In this document: positions 7,726-17,476 of the stretch, piece after piece
How positions within the stretch are numbered: position 1 is the stretch's first letter
Layout: every line of letters starts with the position of its first letter
NCBI GenBank assembly: GCA_049614485.1
Contig: JBMZDR010000008.1
Coordinates: 29,606-93,605, forward strand
Direction: 5' to 3'
Source: Flavobacteriaceae bacterium
GTDB lineage: Bacteria; Bacteroidota; Bacteroidia; Flavobacteriales; Flavobacteriaceae
Length of the DNA: 64,000 bases
The notes under the pieces: generated by a model
Databases searched by the model: none
The model's input: the letters and a program-made list of their open reading frames with translations, nothing else
What the model was told of the DNA's origin: nothing
Made by a program: the position numbers and the translations under genes

Positions 7726-8454
7726 TTGAAAAAAGCAGTTTTTAATTGGAGTGGAGGTAAGGATAGTGCTTTGGCATTGCATTACATTCAACAGAATAAA
7801 GAGTATAGTATTGAAACGCTATTGACTTCTGTTAATGATGAGTTTGATAGAATATCTATGCACGGTGTACGTTCGGAGTTATTGCATCAGCAAGCAACAG
7901 AGCTAGGATTAGCGTTGCAAGAATTACGTTTGCCAAAAAAACCAACAATGGCAGAATATAATGAGCTGCTTACAAATCTGAATACCGATTTAAAATCAAA
8001 AGGTATAGATCACAGTATTTTTGGAGATATATTTTTAGAAGATTTAAAAACATATAGAGAGCAGCAATTAGCTAATGTTGGTATAAAAGCGCACTTTCCA
8101 TTGTGGAAAAGAAACACCAAAGAATTAGTGCATGAGTTTATTGACTTAGGGTTTAAAACCATTTTGGTCTGTACAAAATCGGAGTTGTTAGGAGAAGAAT
8201 TTGTTGGCGAGGTTATTACAAAAGATTTTTTAAAAGAATTGCCAAAAAATGTTGACCCTTGTGGTGAGAATGGTGAGTTTCATACATTTGTTTTTGATGG
8301 GCCGATATTTAAAAACCCTATAAAGTTTGATTTAGGAGAAAAAATTTATAGAACTTATGAAGCACCAAAAAGTAAAGAGGATGCTTGTTTTTCAAGTACA
8401 CCTAGCACTAAAGAAATGGGCTTCCATTTTTGTGATCTAATTCCTAAAAAATAA
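7726..8454 (+). CDS. DUF71/COG2102 (Dph6-related) PP-loop ATP pyrophosphatase, paralogue 1
   Basis: N-terminal PP-loop NWSGGKDS, plus FGDIFLED, PLW and CGENGEFHTFV motifs. A TTG start is forced: in-frame TAA at 7705..7707 and no ATG before the PP-loop. Confidence 0.8.
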   Translation: MKKAVFNWSGGKDSALALHYIQQNKEYSIETLLTSVNDEFDRISMHGVRSELLHQQATELGLALQELRLPKKPTMAEYNELLTNLNTDLKSKGIDHSIFGDIFLEDLKTYREQQLANVGIKAHFPLWKRNTKELVHEFIDLGFKTILVCTKSELLGEEFVGEVITKDFLKELPKNVDPCGENGEFHTFVFDGPIFKNPIKFDLGEKIYRTYEAPKSKEDACFSSTPSTKEMGFHFCDLIPKK

Positions 8455-8456
8455 TT

Positions 8457-9596
8457 ATGAAGAAGTTTACATCAGTATTAGTACTGTTTTTATTGTGCTT
8501 TATCTCATGTAAAGAAGCATCAAAAACAGAGAAGAAAACAGTATCAAATGTTTCGGAAAGTGTAGAGCTAAAATATGCAATTGGATTTGAGATTAATAAA
8601 TTTGATGGTTATAGTACTGTAAAGCTAATTAGCCCTTGGCCAAATGCTGATAAACAATTTAAATATTTATTAGTAGAGAAAGGAGTGGCAGTTCCTAAAA
8701 ACATTAAATATGATGCTGTGGTACACGTACCAGTAGAAAAAATTGTAGTAACATCCACAACCCATATACCTTTATTAGAAGCTCTTGGAGAAGAACAAAA
8801 ACTTGTAGGTTTTCCAAATACCAAATACATTTCATCTCAAAAAACAAGAGCGTTAATTAAAAATAACAAAGTGGCTGAGCTTGGAGAAAATGAAAGCCTA
8901 AATACAGAACTGTTGTTAGACTTAGAACCAAATGCAGTTATTGGTTTTGCTATTAACGGAAACAATAAAACTTTTAGAACCATACAAAATGCTGGAATTC
9001 CGGTATTGTATAATGCTGCATGGTTAGAAAAACACATTTTAGGAAGAGCTGAATGGATAAAGTTTTTTGGGTGCTTATTTCAAAAAGAAAAGTTAGCGAA
9101 TACTATTTTTAATAACATTGAAGCTGACTACAACAACGCCAAAAAAATAGCGACTAGTACCAATAAAAAACCAACCGTTTTAGCTGGGGCTATGTTTAAA
9201 GATATTTGGCATGTACCTTATGGAAATTCTTGGGCAGCCCAGTTTATTACAGACGCTGGAGGTAATTATTTATGGGCAGCCTCAAAAGGATCAGGGAGTA
9301 TATCGTTAAACATAGAAAGTGTTTTAGATAAAGCCCAACATGCTGACTATTGGATTACTTTAGGAAAAGAAACAACTAAAAATGAGCTGAATAATAGAAA
9401 TGTTCATTACAAAGAGTTTGATGCTTTTAAAAAAGGAAACACATTTATAGCAAACAGTACAGGGGAAACCGGAGGCTTATTGTTTTATGAGTTAGGACCC
9501 AACCGTCCTGACTTGATTTTAAAAGATCTGATATCAATATTTCATCCAGAACTACTACCAGATCACAAACTAACGTTTTACAATCAATTACAATGA
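8457..9596 (+). CDS. ABC transporter periplasmic substrate-binding lipoprotein (BtuF/FecB-like, class III PBP)
   Basis: Lipobox LLCFISC. Sits between DUF71 genes and upstream of a FecCD permease and ATPase. The assignment rests mainly on size and operon context. Confidence 0.72.
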   Translation: MKKFTSVLVLFLLCFISCKEASKTEKKTVSNVSESVELKYAIGFEINKFDGYSTVKLISPWPNADKQFKYLLVEKGVAVPKNIKYDAVVHVPVEKIVVTSTTHIPLLEALGEEQKLVGFPNTKYISSQKTRALIKNNKVAELGENESLNTELLLDLEPNAVIGFAINGNNKTFRTIQNAGIPVLYNAAWLEKHILGRAEWIKFFGCLFQKEKLANTIFNNIEADYNNAKKIATSTNKKPTVLAGAMFKDIWHVPYGNSWAAQFITDAGGNYLWAASKGSGSISLNIESVLDKAQHADYWITLGKETTKNELNNRNVHYKEFDAFKKGNTFIANSTGETGGLLFYELGPNRPDLILKDLISIFHPELLPDHKLTFYNQLQ

Positions 9597-10234
9597 AGTT
9601 ATTAAGTTCATGGAGTGGCGGCAAAGACAGTTGTTTTGCCTTAATGAAAGCAATTGAGCAAGGCGGAGAAGTTGTGGCATTGTTAAATATGATGAATGAG
9701 AATGGAAAAATATCCAGATCGCATGGTATTCCATTAGACGTATTACAACAACAAGCATCTAAAATAGGAGTGCCTTTAAAAACATGTCAAGCCACTTGGG
9801 CAAATTATGAAGATAAATTTATTGAAACACTCCAGAGCTTAGTTGTAAAGTATCAGGTAAACACAGCAGTTTTTGGAGATATTGATATCCAATCACACAA
9901 AGCTTGGGAGGAGAAAGTGTGCCAAGCCTCAAACCTAAAAGCTTATTTGCCTTTATGGCAAGGGAATAGAAAACAACTTGTTGTAGAGATGATAAACTCA
10001 GGCGTTAAAGCTGTAATTGTATCTTGTAATACATTGTTGGGGAAAGACTTTTTAGGGCGAGAGGTTAATTTAGAATTATTAGATGAATTAGAGTCTCTTG
10101 GAGTTGATTGTTGTGGTGAAAATGGAGAGTATCATACATTAGTTTTAGACTGCCCGTTATTTAAAAGCCCATTGACACTGCCTGAATATAAGAAAGTGCA
10201 GCATGAAAATTATTGCTTTATTGATTGGGATTGA
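9593..10234 (+). CDS. DUF71/COG2102 (Dph6-related) PP-loop ATP pyrophosphatase, paralogue 2
   Basis: SWSGGKDS, FGDIDIQS, PLW, CGENGEYHTLV; ATGA overlap with the upstream binding-protein gene. Confidence 0.8.
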   Translation: MKLLSSWSGGKDSCFALMKAIEQGGEVVALLNMMNENGKISRSHGIPLDVLQQQASKIGVPLKTCQATWANYEDKFIETLQSLVVKYQVNTAVFGDIDIQSHKAWEEKVCQASNLKAYLPLWQGNRKQLVVEMINSGVKAVIVSCNTLLGKDFLGREVNLELLDELESLGVDCCGENGEYHTLVLDCPLFKSPLTLPEYKKVQHENYCFIDWD

Positions 10235-10276
10235 TACCACTAATAATTTGTATTTTTACGCATAAATTAGCCTTAT

Positions 10277-11308
10277 TTGAAATCTAAAACATCAAATTCA
10301 CCAACCTTTATTGTGCTCATAGTAGTGTTATTTGCATTGCTGTTAGTCAACATTAGTTTGGGGTCAATAAGCATACCTTTAGATGCAATTGGTTCTATAT
10401 TATTAGATGATCCATCTATAAAATCGTCTTGGAGGCACATTATATTAAATTATAGGGTTCCAAAAGCCATTACTGCAATTTTAGTAGGTTCTGGCCTTGG
10501 AATTTCAGGATTACTAATGCAAACATTATTTAGAAATCCACTTGCAGGACCTTATGTACTTGGGTTAAGTTCAGGTGCTAGTTTAGGTGTGGCAGTAATA
10601 ATATTAGGAGCGTCATTATTTGGTGTTAGTTTTTCAGGTTTGTTACTTTCAAAATGGAGTATTGTTTTGGCCTCTAGTATTGGAAGTTTTGTTGTGTTAT
10701 TAGCGGTAGTATTAATGAGTATTAAGGTTAAAGATACTATGGCAATTTTAATTATAGGACTAATGTTTGCAAGTGTTACTGCGGCAATTGTAAGTGTATT
10801 GTCTTATTTTTCTACAGCTGAACAATTGCAACGTTATATATTTTGGAGTTTTGGGAGTTTAGGGAATTTAGCTACTGATGAATTAATCATTTTATCTGTT
10901 ATAACCTTAACAGGTTTATTTTTAGCCGTAATTTCAATGAAAACATTAAATTCACTATTGTTAGGCGATCAATACGCAAGAAGCTTAGGTTTAAATATTA
11001 AAAAAGCACGATTAACTATTATTATAGCAACAAGTCTGTTGGCAGGAAGTATCACAGCTTTTGTAGGTCCAATTGCGTTTGTTGGTTTGGCAATTCCGCA
11101 TTTAACCAAGCTGTTTTTTAACACATCAAATCATAAAGTTCTTGTGCCAGCAGTAATGTTGTCTGGTGGTATATTGTTGTTAATTTGTGATAGCATCTCA
11201 CAATTACCAATGAGCGAGTTAACGTTACCAATTAATGCTGTAACATCATTATTTGGAGCGCCAGTAGTTATTTGGCTGTTAGTCAGAAAAAAGAAACTAT
11301 TTGTGTAA
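10277..11308 (+). CDS. FecCD-family ABC permease (BtuC/FepD-like; iron-chelate or corrinoid uptake)
   Basis: 343 aa polytopic membrane protein with LMQTLFRNPLAGPYVLGLSSGASLG and FVGLAIPHL, typical of the FecCD family. TTG start; a GTG a few codons later is an alternative. Confidence 0.85.
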   Translation: MKSKTSNSPTFIVLIVVLFALLLVNISLGSISIPLDAIGSILLDDPSIKSSWRHIILNYRVPKAITAILVGSGLGISGLLMQTLFRNPLAGPYVLGLSSGASLGVAVIILGASLFGVSFSGLLLSKWSIVLASSIGSFVVLLAVVLMSIKVKDTMAILIIGLMFASVTAAIVSVLSYFSTAEQLQRYIFWSFGSLGNLATDELIILSVITLTGLFLAVISMKTLNSLLLGDQYARSLGLNIKKARLTIIIATSLLAGSITAFVGPIAFVGLAIPHLTKLFFNTSNHKVLVPAVMLSGGILLLICDSISQLPMSELTLPINAVTSLFGAPVVIWLLVRKKKLFV

Positions 11309-12102
11309 TGACAGATAATTTAGAAAAACATACAGTTTTAAAAGTTGCAAATCTTGCTATCGGGTATCATTCGAATAAGCATAAAATTACTGTTGCAGAA
11401 AATATTAATTTTGAGCTTAAAAAAGGGGAGTTAATTGGGTTAGTAGGAGCTAATGGAATTGGAAAATCAACACTTCTTAAAACATTAAGTAAATCTCAAA
11501 AAATATTAGAGGGGGCTGTTTTTGTTAACGGAAAATCACTTAATACAATTTCAAACATTGATTTAGCAAAAATGCTAAGTGTTGTTTTAACAGAAAATGT
11601 ATCGCAAACAAATTTATCTGTTCAGGAGTTAATCGCTTTAGGACGACAGCCATATACGAACTGGTTAGGACGTTTATCTGAAGATGATAAAATAAAAACT
11701 CAGCAAGCAATAGAGGCAATTAAAATATCAGATTTAATCCATAAAAACTGCCACGAATTAAGTGATGGACAAACACAAAAAGTAATGCTGGCAAGAGCTT
11801 TAGCTCAAGATACAGATATTATTGTTTTAGATGAACCAACCACGCATTTAGATTTGTATCATAAAGTTTCTGTATTAAAACTATTGCAGCAATTGGTGAA
11901 AACTACTCAAAAAACGATTTTTTTTTCAACACATGAAATTAACGTAACGCTTTCACTTTGTGATAAATTAGTGGTTATGAAATCATCAGGTACACAATTT
12001 GGCACTCCAGAAGAATTGATTTCCCGTAATGCTTTTGATGATTTATTTCCGGATGATTTGGTTGCTTTTGATACAAAAAGTGCCACGTTTAAAATTAAAT
12101 AG
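11308..12102 (+). CDS. ABC transporter ATP-binding protein (BtuD/FepC-like)
   Basis: Walker A GANGIGKST, signature LSDGQTQK, Walker B IIVLDEPT. Start trimmed to MTDNLEKH (TAATG overlap with the permease stop). Confidence 0.87.
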   Translation: MTDNLEKHTVLKVANLAIGYHSNKHKITVAENINFELKKGELIGLVGANGIGKSTLLKTLSKSQKILEGAVFVNGKSLNTISNIDLAKMLSVVLTENVSQTNLSVQELIALGRQPYTNWLGRLSEDDKIKTQQAIEAIKISDLIHKNCHELSDGQTQKVMLARALAQDTDIIVLDEPTTHLDLYHKVSVLKLLQQLVKTTQKTIFFSTHEINVTLSLCDKLVVMKSSGTQFGTPEELISRNAFDDLFPDDLVAFDTKSATFKIK

Positions 12103-12161
12103 ATCCATTCGTTTTCTAAAAAAAATCAAATTATCTTTACCGTTATATTAGAATATTTACC

Positions 12162-13556
12162 ATGTCAGAAACTATGATCATATTAATTGCGAGTATTTTA
12201 TTTGGAATTGTTGGTTTTTTAATAGGGAAACACCTTACAAAACTTCAACATAAATCTGAGTTAAGTGGTGTTGCGGAACGTAATAATTTACTTGAAAAAC
12301 AAATTATTGATACCAAGAACTCAGCTGAATTAGAATATAAAAAACTAGATAAAAACTTTCAATTACAATTGAATGGATTAAAAGAACAAGTCTTTAAATC
12401 TGATCAAGAAAAAGAATTGATTAGAAAACAAAAAGATTCCACTACTATTGAACTGACAAAATTGACTTCGGAATTTGAAAATTTAAAGGCTCAGAATGAG
12501 ACACAAAAAGATGAGGTTAATCAGTTGCAAGAAAAATTTTCTAAAGAATTTGAAAACCTAGCCAATAAGATATTAGATGAAAAGTCTGATAAATTTACGG
12601 AATTGAATAAAGAAAATATTAAAGGAATATTAAACCCTCTTCAAGAAAAAATACAACATTTTGAAAAGAGAATTGACGATACGCATAAAGAAAGTATAGG
12701 TCATCATGCAAGCTTGAAGGAACAAATTTTGGGATTAAAAGATTTAAACTTACAAATGAGTAAGGAAGCAATCAATTTAACGAAAGCTTTAAAAGGTGAC
12801 AGTAAATTGCAAGGAAACTGGGGAGAACTTGTTTTAGAACGTGTTCTTGAAAAATCAGGGTTGGAAAAAGATAGAGAGTATTTTGTACAGCAAAGTTTTG
12901 TTACAGAAGACGGAAGCAGAGTGTTACCAGATGTAGTTATTAATCTTCCCGACAATAAAAAAATGATAGTAGACTCTAAGGTTTCATTAACACATTATGA
13001 AAGGTATGTTAATGAAGATGATGAATCGTTAAAACACCAGTATTTAAAAGAACATGTTAATTCAATAAAGCGACATGTAGACCAATTGGGTGATAAGAAC
13101 TACCACGATTTATATAAAATTGACAGCCCAGATTTTGTGCTGTTATTTATACCAATTGAACCTGCTTTTGCTGTGGCGTTAAACGAGGATAATTCATTAT
13201 ATAATAAAGCCTTTGAAAAGAATATAGTTATTGTAACTCCAGCAACATTATTAGCTACATTGCGTACAATTGATACAATGTGGAATAATGAAAAACAACA
13301 GAAGAATGCTATAGAAATTGCTCGTCAAGCAGGTGCGTTATATGATAAGTTTCATGGTTTAATGACTGACTTAACAGCGGTTGGTAAAGATATGGACAGG
13401 GCTAAAAATAATTATTCAACAGCAATGAATAAGTTATTTGAAGGAAAAGGAAACTTAATAACATCTGTAGAGAAAATTAAAAAGCTAGGGGCAAAAGCGA
13501 AAAAAACTTTGCCCGAAGCTATTGTGAATAAAGCAATAGAGTCAGAAGAAAATTAA
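12162..13556 (+). CDS. rmuC: DNA recombination protein RmuC
   Basis: N-terminal TM helix, long coiled coil, and a C-terminal nuclease-like core (QGNWGELVLERVLE, PDVVINLP, VDSKVSL) characteristic of RmuC. Confidence 0.85.
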   Translation: MSETMIILIASILFGIVGFLIGKHLTKLQHKSELSGVAERNNLLEKQIIDTKNSAELEYKKLDKNFQLQLNGLKEQVFKSDQEKELIRKQKDSTTIELTKLTSEFENLKAQNETQKDEVNQLQEKFSKEFENLANKILDEKSDKFTELNKENIKGILNPLQEKIQHFEKRIDDTHKESIGHHASLKEQILGLKDLNLQMSKEAINLTKALKGDSKLQGNWGELVLERVLEKSGLEKDREYFVQQSFVTEDGSRVLPDVVINLPDNKKMIVDSKVSLTHYERYVNEDDESLKHQYLKEHVNSIKRHVDQLGDKNYHDLYKIDSPDFVLLFIPIEPAFAVALNEDNSLYNKAFEKNIVIVTPATLLATLRTIDTMWNNEKQQKNAIEIARQAGALYDKFHGLMTDLTAVGKDMDRAKNNYSTAMNKLFEGKGNLITSVEKIKKLGAKAKKTLPEAIVNKAIESEEN

Positions 13557-13570
13557 TAAATATTATAGAT

Positions 13571-13936
13571 ATGAAGAAAATTATTTTTTTACTAGTATTA
13601 GTAATTACATTAGGTTTTGGAGCTTATTTTGCGTTTGTTTATTATGTGCCGTACAGTGAAGGTGTACGTTCAGGAGAACTGATAAAAATAAGTAAAAAAG
13701 GAGTAATGGTAAAAACATGGGAAGGCGAAATTAGCCAAGGGATTTCTGGTGCTCAAATTTTTAAATTTTCAATAGAGAACACAGAAAAAAAAGTTATTTA
13801 TGACCTACAGAAAATGCAAGGTAATTATGTAAAAGTATTCTATAAAGAACGTTATAAACGCATCTTTTGGCTTGGAGATTCCAAATACTTTATAACTAAA
13901 GTTCAAAAGGAGGCATCACCACATTTTAGGAACTAA
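13571..13936 (+). CDS. Hypothetical membrane-anchored protein
   Basis: 121 aa with an N-terminal TM/signal anchor; 14 nt after rmuC and followed by a strong terminator. No family recognised. Confidence 0.5.
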   Translation: MKKIIFLLVLVITLGFGAYFAFVYYVPYSEGVRSGELIKISKKGVMVKTWEGEISQGISGAQIFKFSIENTEKKVIYDLQKMQGNYVKVFYKERYKRIFWLGDSKYFITKVQKEASPHFRN

Positions 13937-13938
13937 CT

Positions 13939-13989
13939 GATATCAATAAAAAAGAGGAGCTACTTTAGCTCCTCTTTTTTATTGATATC
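13939..13989. terminator. Bidirectional rho-independent terminator; 51-bp perfect palindrome
   Basis: GATATCAATAAAAAAGAGGAGCTA-CTT-TAGCTCCTCTTTTTTATTGATATC. The 24-bp arms are exact complements, with a GC core flanked by A6/T6, between convergent genes. Confidence 0.85.
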
Positions 13990-13998
13990 GTAACGGTA

Positions 13999-14697
13999 TT
14001 ATAATTTTTTACGCTCTTTTATCAGTGTCTCTAATTCTTTACCGTAAATGGTAGCTTTAGCTTTTTTAGATAAGCCATTATATATAGAATCTAAATACAC
14101 GACATTTGCTTCTTCAATTTCTCTGGCGCCAATAAAAGCTGCAACAGATGTTCTTTTATGAGTTAAAGCAAATTGTATTGCTCTCAAATATTTTGCACGT
14201 GTTAATGCTGTTACTTTTTTATCAGAAGCAACAATATCATCCTCATTGTTTTTCATTTGCGCCTGAATAAACTCAATGTTGGCTTGGGCTAACATTTTAT
14301 TAATGTCTTTTAATGCATTCTGATATTCAGTATATATTCTATGATTTTTACTACCTGTAATAACAACTTCAGAATTTATTTTTTCTAAATGCGTGTTTAG
14401 TTTTAAAGCTCCTTTTTCACCAAAAAATGTAATACGGTCATTATAATCAGAACCATCTACTTTATCAACATAAATATAAAAAAGCTCAGGAGAGGCTACA
14501 GTAGTGCTTAAAGAAAACGTATCTTGACCGTTAATTACAATGGAATCTAAATCAATTAAAGAGCTGTCTACAATTTTCTGTAAATAAACAGTTCCTTTTT
14601 TTAGTCCAGTTATAGTAGCTTCAACATGCATTTCATTTTCTTTTTTACAAGAAACAAGCCCTATTATTACAGCTAAAATGTATAGTAAGTTTTTCAT
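13999..14697 (-). CDS. DUF4369-like lipoprotein
   Basis: Lipobox GLVSC. The N-terminal beta-rich region resembles DUF4369 (ITGLKKGTVYLQKI..DSIVINGQDTFSL); the C-terminal half is helical. Confidence 0.55.
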   Translation of the reverse strand: MKNLLYILAVIIGLVSCKKENEMHVEATITGLKKGTVYLQKIVDSSLIDLDSIVINGQDTFSLSTTVASPELFYIYVDKVDGSDYNDRITFFGEKGALKLNTHLEKINSEVVITGSKNHRIYTEYQNALKDINKMLAQANIEFIQAQMKNNEDDIVASDKKVTALTRAKYLRAIQFALTHKRTSVAAFIGAREIEEANVVYLDSIYNGLSKKAKATIYGKELETLIKERKKL

Positions 14698-14770
14698 TAG
14701 ATATACTTTAAATTCAGTGAATTATTATTTGATACAAATATGCAACTCTTTAAGTTTTGTAACAATTATT

Positions 14771-16084
14771 TTAAGGAGAAACAGCAACTATTTCCATTAA
14801 AATTGTACATGCTATTGCGGCGATAGTTCCAATGGCATAGCCCATCACAGCTAGTAATACACCAACTGTAGCTAATGATGGATGAAAAGCTGAAGCTACA
14901 ATAGGAGCAGATGCAGCACCACCAACGTTTGCTTGACTTCCAACGGCTAAAAAGAAATATGGTGCTTTAATTAGCTTCGCAATTAAAATTAAAAGTGCAG
15001 CGTGTATTGTCATCCAAATTAGTCCAACGGCAATTAAACCTGTATTGTCCATAATCATTGTCAGGTCCATTTTCATTCCTATAGATGCAACGAGGATATA
15101 TATAAATACACTACCAAATTTACTAGCGCCTGCACCTTCATAATTCTTAGCTTTTGTAAAGGATAGTGCTACGGCTGTAATTGTAGAAATTGAAATCATC
15201 CAGAAGAAACTTGACCCTAAGAATGTAAAAATATTACGAGTTGTTGCGCTTTGTATGCTTGCTACAAAATCACCAAAGAAGCTACTTAAGTATCCAGAGC
15301 CAAAATGTGCAAAACTTACAGTTCCAAAGGCAATAGCTGCCATAATCATCATGTCTGTAACAGAAGGATTACGTTTAACACTTTCTGTAAATGTCGACAT
15401 TTTTTCTTTTAACGCCTCAATAGAAGAGTTATCGGCATTCAACCATTTATCTATTTTTTTAGATTTACCAATACCAATTAATAAAATAGCCATCCATAAG
15501 TTTGCAACAACAATATCAACAAATACCATTCCTCCATATAACTTCTGGTTGTAGCCATAAATTTCAAGCATTGCCGTTTGGTTGGCGCCTCCACCAATCC
15601 AACTTCCGGCTAATGTAGAAAGTCCTCTCCAAACAGCGTCTGGTCCTGCGCCACCAACAGTTTCTGGTGAAATTATTGAAATTATTAATATGGCAATTGG
15701 CCCCCCAATTACAATACCAACAGTTCCTGTAAAAAACATGACTAAAGCACGCCATCCTAAATTGAATACTGCTTTTAAATCGATGCTTAAAGTCATTAGT
15801 ACTAGTGCAGCAGGCAGTAAAAACCGACTTGATACATAGTATAAGTTTGAATGGTGTTCAGTTACGTTTCCTGCAGTATCTGTAGTTTCCCATTCAGGAG
15901 CTATAACGCCTAATGTTGTGAATACGGCAGGAATCATATAAGCCATGAATAACCCAGGGACTATTTTATAAAACTTTTTCCAGAAGCCTGAATCTTTTGA
16001 TTCTGTATAAAAAATGAACCCTAAAGAGAGCATTAATACTCCAAATACAATTGTATCATTTGTGAAAATTGGTGCGTTATCCAT
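14771..16084 (-). CDS. DUF819 family polytopic membrane protein
   Basis: 437 aa with about 12 TM segments; LLPAALVLMTLSIDLK and GSQANVGGAASAPIVA resemble DUF819. Confidence 0.55.
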   Translation of the reverse strand: MDNAPIFTNDTIVFGVLMLSLGFIFYTESKDSGFWKKFYKIVPGLFMAYMIPAVFTTLGVIAPEWETTDTAGNVTEHHSNLYYVSSRFLLPAALVLMTLSIDLKAVFNLGWRALVMFFTGTVGIVIGGPIAILIISIISPETVGGAGPDAVWRGLSTLAGSWIGGGANQTAMLEIYGYNQKLYGGMVFVDIVVANLWMAILLIGIGKSKKIDKWLNADNSSIEALKEKMSTFTESVKRNPSVTDMMIMAAIAFGTVSFAHFGSGYLSSFFGDFVASIQSATTRNIFTFLGSSFFWMISISTITAVALSFTKAKNYEGAGASKFGSVFIYILVASIGMKMDLTMIMDNTGLIAVGLIWMTIHAALLILIAKLIKAPYFFLAVGSQANVGGAASAPIVASAFHPSLATVGVLLAVMGYAIGTIAAIACTILMEIVAVSP

Positions 16085-16112
16085 TTAATTAGTTTTTTTA
16101 GTGGTTGCAAAA

Positions 16113-16145
16113 TACAAAAATAAAAAGCAGCTCAGTGAGCTGCTT
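16113..16145 (-). terminator. Rho-independent terminator after the alpha/beta hydrolase gene
   Basis: Minus strand AAGCAGCTCA-C-TGAGCTGCTT followed by TTTATTTTTG. Confidence 0.6.
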
Positions 16146-16168
16146 GATAAATATATGTTTTTATATCG

Positions 16169-17098
16169 TTATTTTATAAATGCACTTATTGCCTTTGCTA
16201 ATTCAGGTGCATTTTTTAATTGTGGCATGTTATAGGTTTTTGCGTTTTCTTGTGTGTCTTTACTTTCAACAGTTTTTAACACATGATTCATATGCTTTAT
16301 TATTAATAACTCAGCATCTTTTTTACCATCTTTCAATAACTCAGCATCTTTAGGTGTAACTTGAATATCATTATCACCATTAATGATTAAAACTGGAGTA
16401 GTTAACTTTCCTAGTTCATCACTTGGTGAGTAGGCCATCCAACTTCTGATAAATGGCTGTACATCTAAATTAAAAATATTTGCTAAACCAGGGTTAAAGT
16501 TTTTATCCGTTTTCCCAGATTTTAAAACCTCAAAAGTTTTTTTTGCACTTTCTACCAAATCATTAGCGCCCATCATTCCAATTTGTTCTAATATAACTTG
16601 GTCGATAGATTTTCCAGGCCCTGAAATAGACACAAATCCATTAACATTTTCTGTTGCTGCTAACATTCCAACTAATGATCCTTGGCTATGGCCTATAATA
16701 TATATGTTTGAATAGTGTTTGATGTTTTTTAAATACGCCACTACTTTTTTTGCATCAGCAACAAAGTCGTCAAAAGTGACTTGTTTTATTTGTTTTTCAC
16801 TAGCTCCCTTTTTAAGCATGGTCAAGGCGCGCTTATCATATCTAAATGTAGCAATGCCTTCACTTGTTAGATCTTCAGCTAAATATTTTAGGGAATTGTT
16901 TTTCATGAAGTTCTGATTTCCATCTCTGTCATTTGGCCCAGAACCAGGAATGATTATCGCTACAGTTGAAGTTTTACTATTGGGTATTAATAATGTACCT
17001 TCTACATAATTACTAACTGTGATATCTTGAGCAATGAAGTCTTGAGCAGTTGCAATTGTATTGATGAATAATCCGATTAGTAATAGTAGTTTTTTCAT
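16169..17098 (-). CDS. Secreted alpha/beta hydrolase
   Basis: Signal peptide and nucleophile elbow GHSQGS, with later D and H (NGDNDIQV, KHMNHVL). Confidence 0.8.
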   Translation of the reverse strand: MKKLLLLIGLFINTIATAQDFIAQDITVSNYVEGTLLIPNSKTSTVAIIIPGSGPNDRDGNQNFMKNNSLKYLAEDLTSEGIATFRYDKRALTMLKKGASEKQIKQVTFDDFVADAKKVVAYLKNIKHYSNIYIIGHSQGSLVGMLAATENVNGFVSISGPGKSIDQVILEQIGMMGANDLVESAKKTFEVLKSGKTDKNFNPGLANIFNLDVQPFIRSWMAYSPSDELGKLTTPVLIINGDNDIQVTPKDAELLKDGKKDAELLIIKHMNHVLKTVESKDTQENAKTYNMPQLKNAPELAKAISAFIK

Positions 17099-17150
17099 GA
17101 GATTGAGTTTAATAATTGTCTTTCAAATAAAATGCCAAATTGAATCTAGC

Positions 17151-17453
17151 TTATAATTTATAAAGTTTTGAATTCGATTTAATAAGTAAATATGGTATTC
17201 CGATTATCATAGCTGTATAAAAAGAACTATTTTCAAAAAGCGGATTTCCTGTGAATTTAGTTAATATGTAACCGATAACAATTACAATAGCCATCGAGAA
17301 AAAAACATTTCTAAACAGCGTAGCAATTTTTTCAATATTATAAGTTGCTTTCTTTTCAGCAGGCATTGTGTTATAGCCAGCTATTAAGTTATAACGTTTA
17401 AAATTCTTTATAAGAACACCAATAAGAATAAATAATCCAGCAGTTAATAGCAT
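17151..17453 (-). CDS. DUF3784-like small membrane protein
   Basis: 100 aa, 3 TM segments, AGYNTMPAEKKATYNIEKI motif. Confidence 0.5.
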   Translation of the reverse strand: MLLTAGLFILIGVLIKNFKRYNLIAGYNTMPAEKKATYNIEKIATLFRNVFFSMAIVIVIGYILTKFTGNPLFENSSFYTAMIIGIPYLLIKSNSKLYKL

Positions 17454-17476
17454 GTATTGTGTTTTTTATAAAGATA

